A DNA stretch of 38,411 nt, from assembly GCA_965224245.1 (NCBI GenBank), contig CBDCYW010000016.1, forward strand, positions 1 to 38,411. The letters run 5' to 3'. Made by a program: the position numbers and the translations under genes. Below the pieces are notes generated by a model that saw only the letters and a list, made by a program, of their open reading frames with translations, ran no database searches and was not told the origin of the DNA. Position 1 is the first letter of the stretch. Each line of letters begins with the position of its first letter. This DNA is from Candidatus Eiseniibacteriota bacterium. GTDB taxonomy: Bacteria; Eisenbacteria; RBG-16-71-46; CAZAMP01. Below are positions 34,843 to 38,411 of this stretch, in pieces.

Positions 34843-35074
34843 CCAGTCTCGGGCGCCCGTCCCGGTCGAACAGGTCGCCAACCTCAACCTCGAGCGCCGC
34901 CGCGAGCGCCTGACGCGTCAGGACGTGCGGCACACCCTTCGTGCCCGGCCGAGGCACGCCGCCGCGCTTCAGCCAGCTCACCGTCCAGATCGACACATTG
35001 CTCATGGCTGCCAAGTCGACGTTAGCCAAGCCCTTTTCTCGCATGACGTTAGCGAGTACCGTGTGCTTTTCCAT
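34814..35074 (-). CDS. Cro/XRE-like HTH regulator
   Basis: LANVMREKGLANVDLAAMSNVSIWTVSWLKRG...LAAALEVEVGDLF; first gene of the leftward arm. Confidence 0.85.
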   Translation of the reverse strand: MEKHTVLANVMREKGLANVDLAAMSNVSIWTVSWLKRGGVPRPGTKGVPHVLTRQALAAALEVEVGDLFDRDGRPRLVTEEESCED

Positions 35075-35080
35075 GCCCAG

Positions 35081-35110
35081 ACACTACACCAAGGGCGAAT
35101 GCGAGGTCAA
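35081..35110 (-). promoter_or_regulatory. leftward sigma70-type promoter, probably giving a leaderless mRNA
   Basis: TTGACC-18 nt-TAGTGT on the minus strand; ATG 35074 follows 6 nt after the -10. Confidence 0.6.
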
Positions 35111-35140
35111 GGACAACGCAAAGAAAGTTCAATGAGAGTC

Positions 35141-35169
35141 TTGACACCACCGATAGGTAGGTGTAGAGT
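35141..35169 (+). promoter_or_regulatory. rightward sigma70-type promoter
   Basis: TTGACA (35141-35146), 17-nt spacer, TAGAGT (35164-35169). Confidence 0.75.
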
Positions 35170-35338
35170 CCCCACTGTGACGCCGCCGACCCTGCCGTCG
35201 CTGGGTGATCGACGAGGCGGGGATGCGCGGCACGTGTTGGCCCCGTCGGTAGGCGGTACATAGCACGGGAAACCCGGAAACTCCGGGGCGCTGAGAGATG
35301 CCGGCGGGGCCAAATCCTTTCCACGGGAGGAACGAAAG

Positions 35339-35773
35339 ATGAACACGACGACGACCACAGCCACATGCAAGACTTGCGGCGCCGCCACGCTTGACGATGG
35401 CCGATGCTGTATCCCAGCGCACAACCGAACCGATCGCATCGCTGACGACATGAAGAAGCGAGCCAGCATCATGAGCCAGTGCGAGAAGGACTGCGCGCAG
35501 GCGTTCGAGCGCTCGATGCATAGCACGCGCTACGCCTCCGAGGCGTGGGATCGCGTCGTCGCTGATTACCGCGAGATGATCGTGAACCACGTCCGCTCGT
35601 GGTCGCGCCTCGTGCCTGAACCGCGCACCGTGAGCAACACCGAGACGACGAACACCATCGCGACGCTGTCGAGCCTCGCTGACCGCCTCGTGTACGCCGA
35701 GGAGTCCGCCCGCATCGCCGCCGAGCGAGAGGCGGACGAGGGCGCGCGACTGGACGACGAGGTACCGGTATGA
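35339..35773 (+). CDS. hypothetical early protein
   Basis: GGGAGGA RBS; 144 aa; CxxC near the N-terminus. Confidence 0.7.
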   Translation: MNTTTTTATCKTCGAATLDDGRCCIPAHNRTDRIADDMKKRASIMSQCEKDCAQAFERSMHSTRYASEAWDRVVADYREMIVNHVRSWSRLVPEPRTVSNTETTNTIATLSSLADRLVYAEESARIAAEREADEGARLDDEVPV

Positions 35774-35997
35774 AGTACGGACATTTCTGCGGAAAGTGCG
35801 GGACGTGCCCAACGGTTGGTGTTCTGCGGCACGTCGGTAGAGACCCCGTCCCACTATGCGATAAGTGCGGACGCCAGCAAGAGAAGCACGACGACTCTAA
35901 GCCGTATACCAAGACACCGATGGGAGTGTCCATCAACGCGCATGAGTGGTTCGACCGCTACGCCGGCACCGGGTATTCGCACCGGGTATGGGCATGA
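35770..35997 (+). CDS. Cys-rich hypothetical protein
   Basis: CGKC...CDKC; ATGA coupling. Confidence 0.6.
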   Translation: MKYGHFCGKCGTCPTVGVLRHVGRDPVPLCDKCGRQQEKHDDSKPYTKTPMGVSINAHEWFDRYAGTGYSHRVWA

Positions 35998-36212
35998 ACC
36001 TCGCCCCCGTCGCCTGCCGCTGTGGCGCGGCGCTGGAGATCGACGCCGACCGCGTCGGGGACGTGATGGTCGAGACTGAGGGGTGGGCGTGCCGCTCGTG
36101 TCAGGAGCAGCACGCCCCGAGCAACGTCGATGGAGGTCGACATGGCAACGCTACCGCTTGGATCGGAGCCGGGTCAAGCGCTTTGGACGGACCACGGGAT
36201 CGTCGAGGGTGA
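35994..36212 (+). CDS. Cys-rich hypothetical protein
   Basis: CRC...CRSC; ATGA coupling. Confidence 0.5.
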   Translation: MNLAPVACRCGAALEIDADRVGDVMVETEGWACRSCQEQHAPSNVDGGRHGNATAWIGAGSSALDGPRDRRG

Positions 36213-36354
36213 TTTGGGTATGTTCCATGAGGGGTTGGCGTTACAGTCGATCGACTCCGCGCTGGACGCGCTCGGGATCGGTGACGCCATCCGCCGCCAT
36301 GTGTTCGCCCTCGTGGAGGGTGCCCTGTCAGACAAGCGAGACGCCAATGATTGA
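36142..36354 (+). CDS. hypothetical protein
   Basis: GGAGGT RBS before ATG 36142. Confidence 0.6.
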   Translation: MATLPLGSEPGQALWTDHGIVEGDLGMFHEGLALQSIDSALDALGIGDAIRRHVFALVEGALSDKRDAND

Positions 36355-36565
36355 GCCAGACCCCATCGTATGGGACCTGTGTCGCTGCGGCGAAATGGTC
36401 ACCATCGGCTATAACGCGTGCGAAGACTGCGGCATGTGTGAGCGATGCCACGACGAAGCCGAATGCCTCGCGGCGCAAGGTCTCACCGAGAGCGCCCGCG
36501 CCGCCCAGCACAAGGCCGACATGCTCGACTACTACGACGGCGGACCAAAGCCGAGGGGGGCGTGA
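36347..36565 (+). CDS. Cys-rich hypothetical protein
   Basis: CRC...CEDCGMCERCH. Confidence 0.55.
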   Translation: MIEPDPIVWDLCRCGEMVTIGYNACEDCGMCERCHDEAECLAAQGLTESARAAQHKADMLDYYDGGPKPRGA

Positions 36566-36567
36566 CG

Positions 36568-37452
36568 ATGACTGACGACAAGGCGCTCGACGCCCACCGG
36601 AACCCGCTCGTCGCGCCACAGCTTTCGAGCCTCGCGCGCATGATGATGGCCTCGGGTGTGTTCAACGACGTGCGCGACCTCGCGACCGCCTGCGTCCGTA
36701 TCCAGGCGGGCTACGAGCTTGGCATCCCGCCCGTTCAGGCGATGACGTCCGTCTACGTGATGAAGGGCGGCAAGGTCAGCGTGGCGGCTGAGCTACAGGC
36801 GGCGCGCATCAAGGCTCACCCGAGATACGACATGATCACGCGCGAGATCACCGACGAGCGGTGTGCCATCGAATGCTGGATCGACGGTGAAGTCGTCGGC
36901 GAGTCGGTGTTCACATTGGACGACGCGCAGGCGGCTGGCCTCACGAGCGGCCCGAACGCCGGGAACTGGAAGAAGTACCCTCGCAATATGCTGTTCTCGC
37001 GCGCTGTGACGAACGCAAAGCGGTGGTGGTTCTCCGACGTGTTCCACGGCAGCCAGGTCTACGCCCCCGAGGAGTTGGGGCGCATCGACGATGACGAGAA
37101 GCCGCTCGACGCCGACGCGACGCCAGTGGTTGAGGACCAGACCGAGGCGGTCGAACTCGCCGCACTGGCGACCGACCTCGAGCGCGCGCAGGACATCGGG
37201 GCGCTGCCGCCGTGGAAGGCCGAGGCCATCGTGCCACCTGACGGGCGCATGACGACGTTCCACGGGCGTGCGTGGTCGGACATGGTGATCGAGGAGAACA
37301 AGACGCTACGATCGCGCGCCCACGCGTACCTCGGGGCGACGAAAGCCGAGGAGCTGGACCACGACGCGCGGGTGTTCTCGGAGCGGTGCCGCGTGATGCT
37401 CGCGGTACGGGAGTACGAGAAGGCAGAAAACCCCACCATCGACGTGCGGTGA
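36568..37452 (+). CDS. RecT/Bet-like single-strand annealing protein
   Basis: IQAGYELGIPPVQAMTSVYVMKG...WKKYPRNMLFSRAV...DVFHG..VYAPEEL. Confidence 0.8.
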   Translation: MTDDKALDAHRNPLVAPQLSSLARMMMASGVFNDVRDLATACVRIQAGYELGIPPVQAMTSVYVMKGGKVSVAAELQAARIKAHPRYDMITREITDERCAIECWIDGEVVGESVFTLDDAQAAGLTSGPNAGNWKKYPRNMLFSRAVTNAKRWWFSDVFHGSQVYAPEELGRIDDDEKPLDADATPVVEDQTEAVELAALATDLERAQDIGALPPWKAEAIVPPDGRMTTFHGRAWSDMVIEENKTLRSRAHAYLGATKAEELDHDARVFSERCRVMLAVREYEKAENPTIDVR

Positions 37453-37487
37453 CGCTAGCACCGAGGCTACTCGTCGGTGATGGGTTT

Positions 37488-37533
37488 CCCCGCCGCTGCG
37501 GCTACCGTGGATGGCCCGTGGCGGCGGGGTTTT
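37488..37533 (+). terminator. intrinsic terminator-like hairpin after the RecT-like gene
   Basis: CCCCGCCGC/GCGGCGGGG stem followed by TTTT. Confidence 0.6.
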
Positions 37534-37545
37534 GGATTGGTTTTG

Positions 37546-37676
37546 GAGACCCAGCGGCGGGGTGTTGCGCGGACACCGAGCGGGTCCGGGAACCCGGGGG
37601 TTAGGTTACCTCCTTTCGCTCCCCCCGGCCCGGGCTACCTAGCCACACGGCCGGCTGATCCGGCCCGTTGGGTCTC
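37546..37676 (+). ncRNA. multibranch structured RNA candidate with an anti-SD-like loop
   Basis: 12-bp closing stem 37546-37557/37665-37676, three to four internal hairpins, loop containing ACCTCCTTT. Confidence 0.55.
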
Positions 37677-37722
37677 TTTAGACGTCGGGGTTGTGGTTAC
37701 TTGTGCGCCACGACGGCGCGTG

Positions 37723-37779
37723 CCCCGTCGTCTCGCTCTGCACCGGGGACAGTGGGGAGCCGGGACGACGGGGTCTTTT
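37723..37779 (+). terminator. terminator/attenuator-like hairpin just before the RBS of the junction-spanning gene
   Basis: CCCCGTCGTCTCG/CGGGACGACGGGG stem followed by TCTTTT. Confidence 0.55.
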
Positions 37780-37793
37780 CATAGGGAGGACAG

Positions 37794-38411
37794 GTGAGAT
37801 ACCCACGGTTCGGGGCGTACCTCAATCGCCTCGACAGCGCGGCCGCCGAGATCACGGCCGTCAGCGGCGGGGGCTACCAATTCGCGGCGTCGAAGCGGCC
37901 AGACTACCACGCGCGTGTGCTACGCGAGTACGTCGATACCGTCGCCTACGTCTGGATGCCTCAGATCGTGAGAGATCCCGGCCAGTGGTTTGACGACACG
38001 CTGCTAGAGCATGTCGTCTACCGCGAAGCGACGCGCGGAAACTGGTGGCTGCGAAAGCCCGACGGGACCATCGCGACCATCTGGGGCCGGCGGTGGCTCG
38101 ACTGGCAGCGGTGGGATGTCGTTGATGATGTCGCCGCGCTTCATCTCCAGTGTGTCGATAGGTGGGGCGCGGCGGGCGCGTACAACGCCTGCGTGTGGGA
38201 GTTCTTCGGATACCCGTGGGCGGGGGCGTTTGGTGGTGACATGTCGTGGATCGACGTTACGGCGTGGCGCGAGAACGCTGACCACTTTGCCTTGCTCTTG
38301 TCTACCGACGAGGAGTGCCCGATCATCGTCGGCGGCGACCACCTCACGCCACCGTCGGATCACTTCTGCGGACGCCACCAGGAGGATCTACTGTATCGAC
38401 GAGGCGAGTCG
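37794..38411 (+). CDS. 5' part of a putative glycoside hydrolase (TIM-barrel, GHL15-like); not in the ORF track because it runs off the end
   Basis: AGGGAGGA RBS and GTG 37794; open for 206 codons (MRYPRFGAYLNRL...NWWLRKPDG..IWGRRWLDW...LYRRGES) and continues in frame at base 1. Confidence 0.65.
   Translation, partial: MRYPRFGAYLNRLDSAAAEITAVSGGGYQFAASKRPDYHARVLREYVDTVAYVWMPQIVRDPGQWFDDTLLEHVVYREATRGNWWLRKPDGTIATIWGRRWLDWQRWDVVDDVAALHLQCVDRWGAAGAYNACVWEFFGYPWAGAFGGDMSWIDVTAWRENADHFALLLSTDEECPIIVGGDHLTPPSDHFCGRHQEDLLYRRGES
38403..38411. repeat. 9-bp terminal overlap identical to bases 1-9
   Basis: GGCGAGTCG at both ends. Confidence 0.85.

Noticed and set aside
937-34900. Many long plus-strand ORFs opposite the structural and replication genes
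   Set aside because: Antisense shadows expected at high GC; the minus-strand genes tile the region with coupled starts and stops and recognisable motifs
35084-35112. Self-target of array unit 2 in the leftward promoter
   Set aside because: Only about 4 of 10 dinucleotides match under a skip-one rule, not distinguishable from chance by eye
35262-35312. c-di-GMP-I riboswitch-like GGGAAACC...GGGCGC, and CTGAGA as a TPP or hammerhead core
   Set aside because: Lacks the GNRA loop/receptor and GCAAAG junction of c-di-GMP-I, the rest of the TPP consensus, and the CUGANGA core
37546-37676. tRNA or 16S rRNA fragment
   Set aside because: No T-loop (TTCRA), anticodon arm or CCA; the 16S similarity is limited to about 13 nt

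Overview
This window looks like a complete, circularly closed, GC-rich tailed-phage genome of about 38.4 kb. Bases 1-9 equal bases 38403-38411 (GGCGAGTCG), and one ORF reads in frame across that junction. A divergent sigma70-type promoter pair near 35.1 kb splits it into two arms. The long minus-strand arm runs from a Cro-like HTH through accessory genes, two methyltransferase-like genes, a DUF1376-type replication initiator with loader-like partner, RusA, terminase, a portal-MuF fusion, HK97 protease and capsid, a siphovirus-like tail, three signal-peptide-bearing tail-end/glycan-enzyme genes and a lysis cassette. The short plus-strand arm carries small early genes, a RecT-like annealase, a structured non-coding RNA region and a putative glycoside hydrolase. 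I found no integrase or CI repressor. The standout is a three-part locus at 26.37-27.73 kb: a Cas7/RAMP-like gene, a helical partner gene and an array of GGY-NN pentamers in ~54-nt units ending in a hairpin. It is a candidate non-CRISPR RNA-guided system, similar to what I recall of VIPR-type systems. Other highlights are a kissing-loop pair over the replication-initiator ribosome-binding site and a multibranch RNA displaying an anti-Shine-Dalgarno loop. Several apparent frameshifts suggest the sequence carries indel errors. All protein calls come from motif recognition by eye; no searches were run.
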